Notes: generated by a model not told the origin, from the sequence alone. Counted from the first letter of the stretch, positions 30,265 to 40,524 are shown. The stretch: DNA of 64,000 bases from an uncultured Candidatus Saccharibacteria bacterium (GCA_964552475.1 CAZKFZ010000001.1:128621-192620), one strand, 5' to 3'. Program-made: numbers and translations.

Positions 30265-31296
30265 TTAGTAGTCAGATCTCTTTGGAAGCTTTAATTCTAT
30301 ACCTTCTGGCATGGGTGTATTCGGTACACTATCAATGCAGTTAACAAGGTTAGATTTAAGTTCTTCTTTATCAATATCTTTACCAATAAACACCAACTTA
30401 GTACTTGGCTCTTGACCAACCCAATTATCCCAAGTTATTTCTGCTCTTACCCCCACTAGATGAAATACATACCGGCGCATATGACCCTTGGTACCTAGAT
30501 TTACAAACCCTTTAGCGCGATAAATATTGGTGGGCAATTGTCTATTAACAAAATTCTGGAATTTCATAGGATCTAGGGGTTTATTTGTTTGCCAGCTAAA
30601 ACTTGAGTACTGATGGTGTAGATGGTCGTGGTGATTTTGCTGAGAAGATTTGTTGTCTTCGACGCTTACTTTACTGCGAGTCTTATATGTATCTTGGTCT
30701 AGAACTAGGCGTATGTCTATAGCGGCGTTTTTGGCCTCAAAAACTCTAGCTCTAGGATTGAAAGAGTTGATAAGTTTCTTTATCTGCTCAACATCTTTTT
30801 TGGGTACTAGATCAGTCTTATTTATTACTATAAAATCAGTAAATATTATCTGGTCGCGAGCACTTTGGTGTTTTTGGGCATTTTTAGTAATATTTTCAGC
30901 ATCTAAAACCGTCACTATACTATCAAGGCGCACCTTAACTCCAATTGTTTGGTGTAGTGTCAGCGCAAGATCTCGAGGTTCAGCAAGCCCGCTTGCTTCT
31001 ATTAGTATGTAGTCAATACCACTTCCGGGATAGGTGAATTGGTCAATTGCTTGTTGTATGTCGAGGGTTTGTAGACTACAACAAATGCAGCCACTAGTAA
31101 GTTCTAGTTGCTTGTCGGTTTTCGACTTAACCAACTCTGAATCAATATTAATATCACCAAAGTCATTTACTACAACACCAATATTTAGACCATGGTTGTG
31201 GGTTAATATATGGTTTAGTAGTGTGGTTTTACCGGAACCCAAAAAACCCTGGATAACAGTTATAGGAATCTTAGTTTTTGGAATGAGTTGTTTCAT
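30265..31296 (-). CDS. CobW/COG0523 G3E metallochaperone GTPase
   Basis: GFLGSGKTT, VNDFG, GCICC, EASG, NKTD, His-rich HHDHLHH and a CobW_C-like RAKG..LVFIG. Confidence 0.93.
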   Translation of the reverse strand: MKQLIPKTKIPITVIQGFLGSGKTTLLNHILTHNHGLNIGVVVNDFGDINIDSELVKSKTDKQLELTSGCICCSLQTLDIQQAIDQFTYPGSGIDYILIEASGLAEPRDLALTLHQTIGVKVRLDSIVTVLDAENITKNAQKHQSARDQIIFTDFIVINKTDLVPKKDVEQIKKLINSFNPRARVFEAKNAAIDIRLVLDQDTYKTRSKVSVEDNKSSQQNHHDHLHHQYSSFSWQTNKPLDPMKFQNFVNRQLPTNIYRAKGFVNLGTKGHMRRYVFHLVGVRAEITWDNWVGQEPSTKLVFIGKDIDKEELKSNLVNCIDSVPNTPMPEGIELKLPKRSDY

Positions 31297-31417
31297 CGTT
31301 TAATAATTATATAGTAAAACTACTATTTTGCAGTATTGAAGACGCATCATGTTGCCGATGAACTAGTAGCGGTGATATAATAATTCTTAAGATTAATAAC
31401 TAGGAATAAATATTATA

Positions 31418-31912
31418 ATGTCAAAAATACTTATTGTAGAAGATGAAATTAGTTTGCGTGATGTTTACGCTGCAAGATTAGAGGCCGATGGCTACCAGAT
31501 AGTTGTGGCAGCAAATGGTGAAGAAGCCCTGGCAACAGCAGTACGCGAAAGACCAGATCTAATACTACTTGACATTATGATGCCGAAAATTTCTGGCTTC
31601 GATGTGCTGGATATTATCCGCACCACACCTGAGATTGCCGATACCAGGGTAATAATGATGACTGCACTTTCTTCGCCCGAAGACCAAAAAAGAGGAGAGA
31701 AACTTGGCGTTAATCGTTATTTGGTGAAGTCCCAAGTAGTTCTTGAAGAGATGGTAAAAACAATTGGCGATGTTCTGCAAGAACCCGTTAAGTCTAGCAG
31801 TCCGCCTTCAGACCTTGTCGGTGGAAGTGGTAACCAGCGTGCGGTTGTTAATGAAGACAATTCTCCAAACAGCCCACAACCGCAGCCCGACCCAACGCCA
31901 CCAGAGTCCTAG
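31418..31912 (+). CDS. Single-domain response regulator with a Pro-rich tail
   Basis: KILIVEDE, LLDIMMP, MTAL and YLVKS. Confidence 0.9.
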   Translation: MSKILIVEDEISLRDVYAARLEADGYQIVVAANGEEALATAVRERPDLILLDIMMPKISGFDVLDIIRTTPEIADTRVIMMTALSSPEDQKRGEKLGVNRYLVKSQVVLEEMVKTIGDVLQEPVKSSSPPSDLVGGSGNQRAVVNEDNSPNSPQPQPDPTPPES

Positions 31913-32013
31913 AAGTTAATAACAATTTAGATTTAGTTTAACTCCTTAAATATATAGGTTAAGTGCCTGCTACTATTTGGTTGAGTGCTTCTTATCTGAT
32001 AAAATACATAATT

Positions 32014-33324
32014 ATGCGAACACTAATAAGCGAACTACAACAAAAAGCCGGAACAACCCAAACAGTTTCTGGCTGGGTGCACAAAAGAAGGCTGTTGGGT
32101 GGACTAAATTTTATTGTACTAAGAGACAGAAGTGGCTTGGTACAAATACTGACTGAGAGCAAAGAAGAGATTGATAAGCTCGATGGTTTACAGCTGGGTA
32201 CCATACTAACCGTTACTGGCGAGGTGGTAAAAGACGAACGTGCCCCGGGCGGAGTAGAAATACATCGACCTCAACTTAAAGTTGATGTAGCAGTAAAAGA
32301 TGTTATGCCAATTGAGATAGACAAGCCAATTAGTCATAAATCGGAGCATTTAGATACTTTATTTGAAAATCGCGTTCTCAATATTCGTAATATACAAGAG
32401 CAGAAAATATTTAAAATTCGAGCCGATATTAACCGCTATTTTAGAGAGTACTTAACAAAAAATGATTTTATTGAAATTCAAACCCCAAAACTTTTAGCCG
32501 AAGCAACTGAGGGTGGTGCAGAAGTTTTTAAGGTAGATTATTACTCAAAAGAAGCGACTTTAGCCCAAAGTCCTCAGCTATACAAACAAATCATGGTAGG
32601 AGCATATGAGAGAGTTTTTGAAATCGGCCCAGCTTACCGCGCCGAACCAAGCACTACCACTCGACACATGAGCGAAGTAACTATGCTTGATATTGAGATG
32701 GGGTTTGTAAAAAACCATGATGAAGTCTTAGATTTCGTGGCCAAAATGACAATGAGCGTTATAGAGAGTACACAGAAAGAACATAGCGACGACCTAAAAA
32801 GCCTAAATGCGCCAACTATTGCATTGGCGGACGATGTCCCCAAATACACAGTTGAACAAATACATCAGCTTTATAGCAAAGCAAACAACACTGATACAAC
32901 CGAAGAAAAAGACCTGACACCTGCCGAAGAGAGATGGATAAGTGAATATGCAAAGAAAAAACACGGTTCAGACTTAGTTTATGCTACCGAGTTTCCAATA
33001 GAAGCTATGAAGTTTTATCACAAAATCAACCCCGATAACCCTAAAACTGTTTTATGGGGAGATTTGATATTTAATGGTTTAGAGATTTCTACCGTACCGC
33101 TAAGAGAACATAGATACGGCGTTTTAGTAGAACAAATGACTGCCGCCGGTCTGGATGTTGATCATCCTGGTTACAAATATTATCTGCAAGCTTTTAAATA
33201 TGGCTTGCCGGTACATGGTGGATGTGGTTTTGGTATTGATAGATTTGTTGAAAAAATTATTGGTTTACAAAATGTTAAAGAAGCGACCCTTTTCCCTAGA
33301 GATATGCAACGTTTATCGCCATAA
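32014..33324 (+). CDS. aspS: Aspartate--tRNA ligase, archaeal/short non-discriminating type
   Basis: OB fold LRDRSG, EGGAEVF, LAQSPQLYKQ, YRAE, HGGCGFGIDR and FPRD; no GAD insert. Confidence 0.92.
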   Translation: MRTLISELQQKAGTTQTVSGWVHKRRLLGGLNFIVLRDRSGLVQILTESKEEIDKLDGLQLGTILTVTGEVVKDERAPGGVEIHRPQLKVDVAVKDVMPIEIDKPISHKSEHLDTLFENRVLNIRNIQEQKIFKIRADINRYFREYLTKNDFIEIQTPKLLAEATEGGAEVFKVDYYSKEATLAQSPQLYKQIMVGAYERVFEIGPAYRAEPSTTTRHMSEVTMLDIEMGFVKNHDEVLDFVAKMTMSVIESTQKEHSDDLKSLNAPTIALADDVPKYTVEQIHQLYSKANNTDTTEEKDLTPAEERWISEYAKKKHGSDLVYATEFPIEAMKFYHKINPDNPKTVLWGDLIFNGLEISTVPLREHRYGVLVEQMTAAGLDVDHPGYKYYLQAFKYGLPVHGGCGFGIDRFVEKIIGLQNVKEATLFPRDMQRLSP

Positions 33325-33341
33325 CCAAAGCTTAAAAAACA

Positions 33342-34022
33342 ATGAAAACCTACACAGTCGAACTAGACAATTATAGTGGTCCGTTAGACGTATTATTACG
33401 CTTAATTCAGCGTCAAAAGTTAGATATTTGTGATATTAATTTGGCGATTGTGACTAACGATTATTTACAATTCATGAAAAATACTACATTAGATCAACAC
33501 TCCGCCAACCAGTTTTTAGAGGTTGCTGTAAAACTAATTCTGTACAAATCCAAAGCTTTACTGCCTAGTCAAGATGCGGAACAAAGCGAAGAAGAGATAG
33601 AAGATTTGGCCGAGCAGCTCAGAATATTGTCGCTGTTTCAGCAATCTACAAAAAAATTAATAGACATGCAAAAAAATGCATTCATTCTAAGGCCAATGCC
33701 CAAAAAATTATCTAAAGAAATAGGTTTTTACAATCTTAGTCTAGATAATCTTGTAGATTCTTATAGACAAATTAGTAAAAACTTAAGAACTGTTCCTAAA
33801 AAAACCTTCCATCTAAAACGTCAATCGAATAAACAATTGCAAGAAAAGTTACTTAGTAAATTAGAAAAAATAAGTAAGATTGAAATATCTAAGTTAAATA
33901 CTCTTGCTCAAACTAAACAAGAAGTAGTAATTCTTTTCATGATGATTTTGAATTTACTAAGTACTGATAAAGCTAACCTTAGTACCAATAATAATAATTA
34001 TAAAATTGAGATCATCAAATGA
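33342..34022 (+). CDS. scpA: Segregation and condensation protein A
   Basis: YSGPLDVLLRLI, KSKALLP and C-terminal LFMMILNL. Confidence 0.88.
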   Translation: MKTYTVELDNYSGPLDVLLRLIQRQKLDICDINLAIVTNDYLQFMKNTTLDQHSANQFLEVAVKLILYKSKALLPSQDAEQSEEEIEDLAEQLRILSLFQQSTKKLIDMQKNAFILRPMPKKLSKEIGFYNLSLDNLVDSYRQISKNLRTVPKKTFHLKRQSNKQLQEKLLSKLEKISKIEISKLNTLAQTKQEVVILFMMILNLLSTDKANLSTNNNNYKIEIIK

Positions 34023-34537
34023 ACATAGACCTACAAAAACTCCATGCTTATCTATTTGTTAATTCTAGCGGGATTGGTGTAAATAAAATTTGTGAACATT
34101 TCGGCTGGACAACTAAGCAGACTGAAGAATTGCTCAATAATCTGGGTTCATTTTTGCAAAATACAGGTGTTGAACTTGTAAGGCACGGTGATCATGTTGA
34201 GTTAGCTGCTAGACAAAGTCTTGTTTCTGGGCTAAAGTCACTCCAGAAACCCACCGAACAACTTAGTAGCTCCGCTATGGAGGTGCTCGCTATTATTGCT
34301 TATAGTCAGCCTATTACTAGAGACGAAATAGTTCAAATAAGAGGAATAAATAGCGATCAGAGTATTAAGGGTTTATTAGAAAAAAACTTGATCGACTCTG
34401 TAGTCTCGAAAAAAAGTGGCATAAATTTTACACATTTTAAAACTACCAAGCAGTTTCTACACCACTTAGGAATAAATTCAATTTCAAACCTACCAAACTT
34501 AGGAGACACTAGTGAACAAACCAACAAACCCACATAA
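34019..34537 (+). CDS. scpB: Segregation and condensation protein B
   Basis: LSSSAMEVLAIIAYSQPITRDEI..IRGINS and TTKQFL..LG...LP. Confidence 0.92.
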   Translation: MNIDLQKLHAYLFVNSSGIGVNKICEHFGWTTKQTEELLNNLGSFLQNTGVELVRHGDHVELAARQSLVSGLKSLQKPTEQLSSSAMEVLAIIAYSQPITRDEIVQIRGINSDQSIKGLLEKNLIDSVVSKKSGINFTHFKTTKQFLHHLGINSISNLPNLGDTSEQTNKPT

Positions 34538-35225
34538 AACTCGTCTCAACAAACACCTAGTCGAACTCGGTTTGGTCAATTCTAGAAGAAAAGCCGATAT
34601 AGCTATAAGTGAAGGTATTGTAGAGGTAAATAATAAGATAGCGAAAATGGGCGAGTTGGTAAGTCAAACCGATCACATTACTTTGTCTGGACGTACAGGT
34701 AAAACACAGTCACATATAACTATTATTTTTTACAAACCAACGGGTTATGTCTGTACACACCTAGAAAATGGTCGTTCAAAAACAATTTTCGATTTGTTAC
34801 CTAAAACTTTCAAGTCTCTTAAAATTGCTGGTCGACTAGACAAGAATAGTCAGGGCTTGATGCTGCTTAGCTCAAGTGGAGAGTTGATAAATACAATAGC
34901 TCATCCTAGCTCCCAAAAAGACAAGGAATATATAGTAACTCTAAAATCATCTTTTAATACTAAAGACTTAGCAAGATTGTTGCAGGGTGTAGAACTAGAC
35001 GATGGATTGAGTCTGTTTACAAAAGCAAAAATAATTACTCCACAAAAACTTAGGGTCATATTAAGAGAAGGTAGAAAAAGACAAATACGGCGCACTTTTA
35101 GTGCTATTGGTTACAAAGTCGTGGAGCTGGAGCGTACTCGTATTGGTTCAGTTTCAACTGGTTTACTTAAGTCTGGCGAGTATAGATTTTTAAAAGAAAA
35201 TGAGATTAAAGATATACTAAAATGA
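34512..35225 (+). CDS. RsuA/RluB-family pseudouridine synthase
   Basis: S4 domain RLNK..SRRKAD, KPTGY, GRLD and EGRKRQIRR. Confidence 0.93.
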   Translation: MNKPTNPHKTRLNKHLVELGLVNSRRKADIAISEGIVEVNNKIAKMGELVSQTDHITLSGRTGKTQSHITIIFYKPTGYVCTHLENGRSKTIFDLLPKTFKSLKIAGRLDKNSQGLMLLSSSGELINTIAHPSSQKDKEYIVTLKSSFNTKDLARLLQGVELDDGLSLFTKAKIITPQKLRVILREGRKRQIRRTFSAIGYKVVELERTRIGSVSTGLLKSGEYRFLKENEIKDILK

Positions 35226-36136
35226 TGTTATACTTTGTTTTAATTTTAAGCATAGTCACTATGAGTTTGGGACAAAATGTCGCCATAACAGCAACGGCTA
35301 AAAGATTGTCTAGTTTAGAGCAGGCATCAAAGCAAACCAAGAAGACATTCATAGATGTAGAATATAATGAATCTCCAGAACTCAAACAAAATGCCACGCC
35401 AATAAATATTGCCGCCAAGCAAGCTATAATATACGACGTGGGCAGTGGGCGAAGCCTATATACAAAAAACACCGAGGAATCTGTACCTATTGCATCACTT
35501 ACCAAACTAATGACCGCAATGGTAATATTACAAAACCATTCACCAGACGAAATTGTCACCGTACCAAATAATCTTCCTGCCCTACAAGCGAATGACCAAA
35601 AAATAAACCTACAAGTCGGTGAACAGTTTAAATTATCTGAAATGATACGTGCACTTCTTATTTACTCTGCCAATGACGTAGCCAATAGCTTGGCAATCTG
35701 GGATGCCGGCTCCATTGATAATTTTACCTCTAAGATGAATGCCTATGCTAAAACTTGGAATTTAAATAACTCCCGCTTCATCAATCCAACTGGTCTAGAT
35801 GAGATAAATAATCGTAGTTCATCAAATGATTTACTAAAACTTTCAAATATTTTAATTAAGAATAATAGTTTTAGACAGGTGGTTAATACTCAATCTGTTA
35901 CCATTTACAACATCGCTGGAAAGCCTTATGTACTTAATACTACCAACAAAGACCTTGGGTTGTCATATGTGTATGGAATTAAGACGGGTTTTACTGACTT
36001 GGCCGGCCAATGCTTAATTTTGCTCGCACAAAAGGGAGGGCACGAAATAGTAACGGTGGTTCTAAACAGTCCAGACCGTTTTCAAGAATCAAAAAATATG
36101 ATAGACTATACGTTCAATAATTATATTTGGAAATAA
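35222..36136 (+). CDS. D-alanyl-D-alanine carboxypeptidase (S11)
   Basis: ASLTKLMT (SxxK), SAND (SxN), NPTGLD and KTGFT. Confidence 0.92.
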   Translation: MMLYFVLILSIVTMSLGQNVAITATAKRLSSLEQASKQTKKTFIDVEYNESPELKQNATPINIAAKQAIIYDVGSGRSLYTKNTEESVPIASLTKLMTAMVILQNHSPDEIVTVPNNLPALQANDQKINLQVGEQFKLSEMIRALLIYSANDVANSLAIWDAGSIDNFTSKMNAYAKTWNLNNSRFINPTGLDEINNRSSSNDLLKLSNILIKNNSFRQVVNTQSVTIYNIAGKPYVLNTTNKDLGLSYVYGIKTGFTDLAGQCLILLAQKGGHEIVTVVLNSPDRFQESKNMIDYTFNNYIWK

Positions 36137-36142
36137 TTTTAT

Positions 36143-37507
36143 ATGTCTGTCAAAAAAACCCCCACAATAGCTTTAGTCGGATTACCAAATTCAGGTAAGT
36201 CGACAGTTTTTAATAGACTTACGCATTCTTCTCAAGCGATTGTATCTGAAATTGCCCATACTACTCGTGACACTAACCGTAAGATGGCTCATAGTAAATT
36301 TGGGTCTTTTATGATAGTTGATACTGCTGGTTATACCAACGAAAAAAGTAAGATACCTCGGGCCGCTATGCTACAGTTAAAAAATAGCCTTGATACTTCT
36401 GATATGGTGATTTATGTAATTGACGGAACTGTTCAGGTGACTTCTAGTGATAAGGCTTTGGCAAAGGTTATTCGCAAAGCTAACAAGCCAGTAATAGTAG
36501 CGACAAACAAATCTGACAATACCTCTCAGCTTCTCTCTAAAGAATCGTTTAGACAGCTTGGTTTTGAAGATATTATTAATGTCTCGGCAATTCACGGCGA
36601 GGGATTTGATATCTTAGCTAATAAGATAAACAAAATCATGCCAAAAGTAGCGGTGAAGAATAAGAAGGTAGATAAGTCAATTAGAGTTGCTATTATTGGC
36701 CGTCCCAACGTTGGTAAATCTAGTCTACTCAATGCACTAGCTGGCGAGTCTCTCGCAATAGAGGCAGATGTGCCGGGTACTACACGCGACACCAATGAGT
36801 TTGCGCTTAATTTTCATGGCATTAATATTACTTTTATAGACACTGCGGGCCTAAGGCGTCCTGGTAAAATTGCCAAATCTGAAAATATTGAATTTTACTC
36901 TAAGGTAAGAACAGTAAGAGCTATTGAAAACGCTGATGTTTGCTTAATGCTTATAGACTCAAATGACCCGGCAACTGCTCAAGACCAACATTTATTGGGT
37001 ATGATAAAAGACGCTAAAAAAGCATTAATTATTGTCGCAACCAAATGGGATACTATAGATAAAGACACTTATACTATGCCGCAAATCACTGCAATTTTGA
37101 AAAATAAGTTGCAATTTGTTTGGTGGGCACCTTTGATATTTACATCAGCTAAATCTAGACAAAACATCGACCAATTATTAAATCTTATTAAAGATGTTAA
37201 TAATCGCTTAGACTTCAGTATTAGTACACCAAAACTCAATAGGTTCTTAGAAGATGCCAACTCCAAGAATCCACCATCGGCTATCAAGACAAAAAAACCA
37301 AAGGTCAACTATATTACTCAAACCAACACTCGTCCACCTGAATTTACACTTTTTGCCACGCACCCAGAATATATGCACTGGAGCTATACTAGATTCTTGG
37401 AAAATCAACTGCGCTCGCAATATGAGCTTTCTGGTATACCTATATCAATAAAGTACAAGAGCAAATATAAAGAGGGTAACAGAGACAGATATAAGACGAA
37501 AAAATGA
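36143..37507 (+). CDS. der: Ribosome biogenesis GTPase Der (EngA)
   Basis: Two G domains (GLPNSGKS and GRPNVGKS, TTRD, DTAG) and a KH-like C-terminus. Confidence 0.96.
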   Translation: MSVKKTPTIALVGLPNSGKSTVFNRLTHSSQAIVSEIAHTTRDTNRKMAHSKFGSFMIVDTAGYTNEKSKIPRAAMLQLKNSLDTSDMVIYVIDGTVQVTSSDKALAKVIRKANKPVIVATNKSDNTSQLLSKESFRQLGFEDIINVSAIHGEGFDILANKINKIMPKVAVKNKKVDKSIRVAIIGRPNVGKSSLLNALAGESLAIEADVPGTTRDTNEFALNFHGINITFIDTAGLRRPGKIAKSENIEFYSKVRTVRAIENADVCLMLIDSNDPATAQDQHLLGMIKDAKKALIIVATKWDTIDKDTYTMPQITAILKNKLQFVWWAPLIFTSAKSRQNIDQLLNLIKDVNNRLDFSISTPKLNRFLEDANSKNPPSAIKTKKPKVNYITQTNTRPPEFTLFATHPEYMHWSYTRFLENQLRSQYELSGIPISIKYKSKYKEGNRDRYKTKK

Positions 37508-37520
37508 TAAAATATATAGC

Positions 37521-38084
37521 ATGAAACTAATTGTTGGACTAGGCAACCCTGGTCGAGAGTATTTATCAACCAGACATAATCTTGGATATATGGTAATAGA
37601 CGAGCTGTGTAGTAGATGGGATATCGCTTTGGGTCCAAATACCAAGCTGAAATCACAAATTTTTACTGGACTCGTTGACGGTCAAACCATAGTTGTTATA
37701 AAACCCGATACCTTCATGAACTTAAGCGGTCAGGCTGTTTACAAGGTTAAACAATTTTATAAATTACACAATAGTGATATATGGGTTGTAAGTGACGATC
37801 TAGACATTGATTTTGGTAAGATTCGTACTAGAGTTGGTGGTAGTAGTGGTGGCCACAACGGGTTAAAAGATATTATCGAGCAAATAGGAAAAGATTTTGT
37901 GAGAATAAGAGTAGGTATTAGAAACCCAAGCTTAGAAAAAGTCTCTTCAGACAAGTTTGTACTTAGTAGATTCAACAAAGTAGAGGTTGAGAAACTTCCA
38001 GAAATAATTCATATGACTAGTGATTGTGTTATAAATTTACTAAAAGATGGAGTGGTGGAGCACAATTCGGTAAAGGTAATTTAA
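37521..38084 (+). CDS. pth: Peptidyl-tRNA hydrolase
   Basis: GLGNPG, TRHNLG, FMNLSG, DDLD and GGHNGL. Confidence 0.97.
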   Translation: MKLIVGLGNPGREYLSTRHNLGYMVIDELCSRWDIALGPNTKLKSQIFTGLVDGQTIVVIKPDTFMNLSGQAVYKVKQFYKLHNSDIWVVSDDLDIDFGKIRTRVGGSSGGHNGLKDIIEQIGKDFVRIRVGIRNPSLEKVSSDKFVLSRFNKVEVEKLPEIIHMTSDCVINLLKDGVVEHNSVKVI

Positions 38085-38151
38085 ATACATATTTGTATAG
38101 ACTACATCATATCTTTATGATATAGTTTGTAGCACCATACCAGCCAAAGAC

Positions 38152-38427
38152 ATGGGGATATCAGTAGGTATGAGTAAACACACAACGCCTGAGCTACACC
38201 AAAGACGTCTTACTAAACTTAGTAAGATTATCCAAAGACTAGAGAAGGGTAGTATTTCAAAAAGTGACAAGCAAGATCTACAGATAATTGCTGGTCACTA
38301 TGGTGTAGATCAACCAACTTGTAGTGTAGAAAACATGTATCTGACATGGGCTAAAACCATTTCTGGAGAGATAAGCTCTCATATTCGATCTCTACAGTAT
38401 CATCCCGCAGCAATGTCAACCAACTAA
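38152..38427 (+). CDS. Orphan hypothetical protein (alternative start ATG 38170)
   Basis: 85-91 aa helical ORF with apparent similarity to the next ORF. Confidence 0.55.
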   Translation: MGISVGMSKHTTPELHQRRLTKLSKIIQRLEKGSISKSDKQDLQIIAGHYGVDQPTCSVENMYLTWAKTISGEISSHIRSLQYHPAAMSTN

Positions 38428-38536
38428 ATACATGCCTTGTAACTTTCTAAGTTACGAGGCTTTTTATTTACAAAACATCTTCCTAATAGTATTATCACTT
38501 ATAAGTTTTGTACCTAATACATGTCATGGGGGAGTA

Positions 38537-38878
38537 GTGCTACATAGAACCATTCAAAAGTGTAGTGGACTTTTACGTTCACAAATAACTCGCCGAGAAA
38601 ATGAGAAGGCGACACGCAAGCTACAGCTTCAAGTTGATGCCAAGAAACTACTAGAAATAAAGGGTGATGCACGAAAGAATGGCTGGTCTCTTTCTCAGGA
38701 GTTAGTGCTATCACAGCTAAGTCTAAGGTACTGCGTGCCTACACCCGAACCGTTGCCAAATATCGTAGGTGATAAATATGGGCAGATAGACGAAAACGAT
38801 CGTTGGGCAAATCTTATACTCCATGAGATTACACAGATACTTAAGAAGTATCGTACCGACCGACCAGTAGGTAGATAG
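38537..38878 (+). CDS. Orphan hypothetical protein (ORF open from 38432; GTG 38537 preferred)
   Basis: GGGGAG precedes the GTG; apparent similarity to the preceding ORF; downstream terminator. Confidence 0.55.
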   Translation: MLHRTIQKCSGLLRSQITRRENEKATRKLQLQVDAKKLLEIKGDARKNGWSLSQELVLSQLSLRYCVPTPEPLPNIVGDKYGQIDENDRWANLILHEITQILKKYRTDRPVGR

Positions 38879-38973
38879 TATTATGATAGAAAATTCTACT
38901 TAAGACTGAGTTAAAAATTAGAGATAGAGATAATGAGTTGTAAAAAACTAACTACCAAATTAGTGATTAGATT

Positions 38974-39007
38974 ACTCTCACGGCTAAATTGTGAGAGTTT
39001 TTATTTA
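38974..39007 (+). terminator. Intrinsic terminator (+ strand)
   Basis: ACTCTCAC-9 nt-GTGAGAGT followed by TTTTATTT. Confidence 0.6.
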
Positions 39008-39011
39008 TTAG

Positions 39012-39043
39012 TAAAATCCCCGTCTACTGTTTTGTAGACGGGG
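39012..39043 (-). terminator. Intrinsic terminator of the ferritin-like gene
   Basis: Perfect 10-bp stem CCCCGTCTAC/GTAGACGGGG, 10 nt after the stop, then ATTTTA on the minus strand. Confidence 0.75.
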
Positions 39044-39053
39044 TAGAGGTAAC

Positions 39054-39605
39054 TCAAGCTGCTATCTCTGGAATAAGGCCAATCGCCTCACGTCCGCGCT
39101 GATGTGCAGCCAAAGTTTTCTGCATAGCTTCATTTCCAGCCATCCTACGAAATGCACGCTCGTGGAACACTTCTTGGGGTAGGATTTTGGTAAACACGGC
39201 ACGGATATCTGAAGGAGCATATTCGTCAGCTGCAATTTCACGAATCCGTTCGAGTCTCATAAATTCAGCGTGGGCGGCAACTGCCGCACCAGTCTCGAAG
39301 TTTGTAATACCGGCTAGTGTAGTATTCCAATATCGCTCTGGCTTCTTAAGCTCGCTGGGTGTTATACCACGCGCAATCAGTAGATCACCAACCCAACTCG
39401 CATGATCAAGCTCTTGATCCGCGATATAGCCTAGAACCGCACGCTCTCGTGAACCTACCAAGGTATATTCTTCTGCAAACTCCATTATTCTGGCGTGAGC
39501 GGTAATTTCTCCGTGATACTGGTTGAGTAGCCAATCTAGCAGTAGTTCTGGGTTATGCTTGATTTTTTGCCACCAAGCCACTGAGTCTGTAAGTGTAGGG
39601 TACAT
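39054..39605 (-). CDS. Ferritin-like (diiron four-helix bundle) protein
   Basis: GE...QELDH...AE...QEVFH ligand pattern (E, ExxH, E, ExxH); SD GAGGAGG before ATG 39605. Confidence 0.8.
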   Translation of the reverse strand: MYPTLTDSVAWWQKIKHNPELLLDWLLNQYHGEITAHARIMEFAEEYTLVGSRERAVLGYIADQELDHASWVGDLLIARGITPSELKKPERYWNTTLAGITNFETGAAVAAHAEFMRLERIREIAADEYAPSDIRAVFTKILPQEVFHERAFRRMAGNEAMQKTLAAHQRGREAIGLIPEIAA

Positions 39606-39753
39606 ACTGTCCTCCTCGTAGTGTTTCGACAGTAAATATACTTTAATGTATACAATTATTATGTACAATGTGTGTTCGTAATGCGTGACTGACAACATAA
39701 CTTTACTGATTAGTGAGTTGCTTTTATTGTCGATATATAGTTATAATGTAAGT

Positions 39754-40524
39754 ATGGATAGCGAATTACTTTCATTTTTTGTTTCAATTGGATTAACTAA
39801 AACTGAGGCAAACATTTATTATTGCGGTCTATCTGACGCTCAGATAGGTGTAAAAGAGTTGGTTGATAGAACCAATATAAAGCGTACTACAATATACCAT
39901 TGTCTCGGCACCTTACGTCAAAAAGGGCTTGTGTCCGAATCACGTGATAATGGGAAGCTAGTGTATGTTATGGCCAGAAGTGAAAGTATAGATAGATTTT
40001 TACAACGCCAAATATCTAAGCTTGAGCAACAAAAACTAAAATTAGCTAGTATAGAAAGGTCTCTACCTAAAGTAAAAGTTAAGCAGAGTGATGATTGGGC
40101 TATTGAGCACTATACAGGTAGGGAGGGCGTGGAATTAGCCATAGACACAGCATTATATTGTAAGGATCGTTGCTGGAAAATAATTGCACCTACTAACAAC
40201 TACTTTTCGCACAGCGATAAAAACTCGCAGAAGTATTTTCTTAAAACTAGAGAGAACAGGCATATTATTGCAAAAAGCCTTTGGGAAGAGACTTTTCACC
40301 CAAAAAAATCTAGTGTGGAAAACAGAGCTCCACGTATTTTACCATCGTCATTTAATGGAAAATTTAAGTCAACAATAATTCTATTCGACAACTCAATACT
40401 TATGCTGTCGTCTGGCAAAACGCACTCTGCAGTTATCTTAAAATCGACTGAACTTTTCTCTACACTATCAGTAATGTTTGATGGTTTATATTTAATCTCA
40501 AAGCCATATGAGTTGATAAAATAG
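39754..40524 (+). CDS. TrmB-like HTH transcriptional regulator
   Basis: IGLTKTEANIY...IKRTTIYHCL..L..KGLV wHTH, coiled coil, YTGREGV and a PLD-like effector domain (ILFDN). Confidence 0.82.
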   Translation: MDSELLSFFVSIGLTKTEANIYYCGLSDAQIGVKELVDRTNIKRTTIYHCLGTLRQKGLVSESRDNGKLVYVMARSESIDRFLQRQISKLEQQKLKLASIERSLPKVKVKQSDDWAIEHYTGREGVELAIDTALYCKDRCWKIIAPTNNYFSHSDKNSQKYFLKTRENRHIIAKSLWEETFHPKKSSVENRAPRILPSSFNGKFKSTIILFDNSILMLSSGKTHSAVILKSTELFSTLSVMFDGLYLISKPYELIK

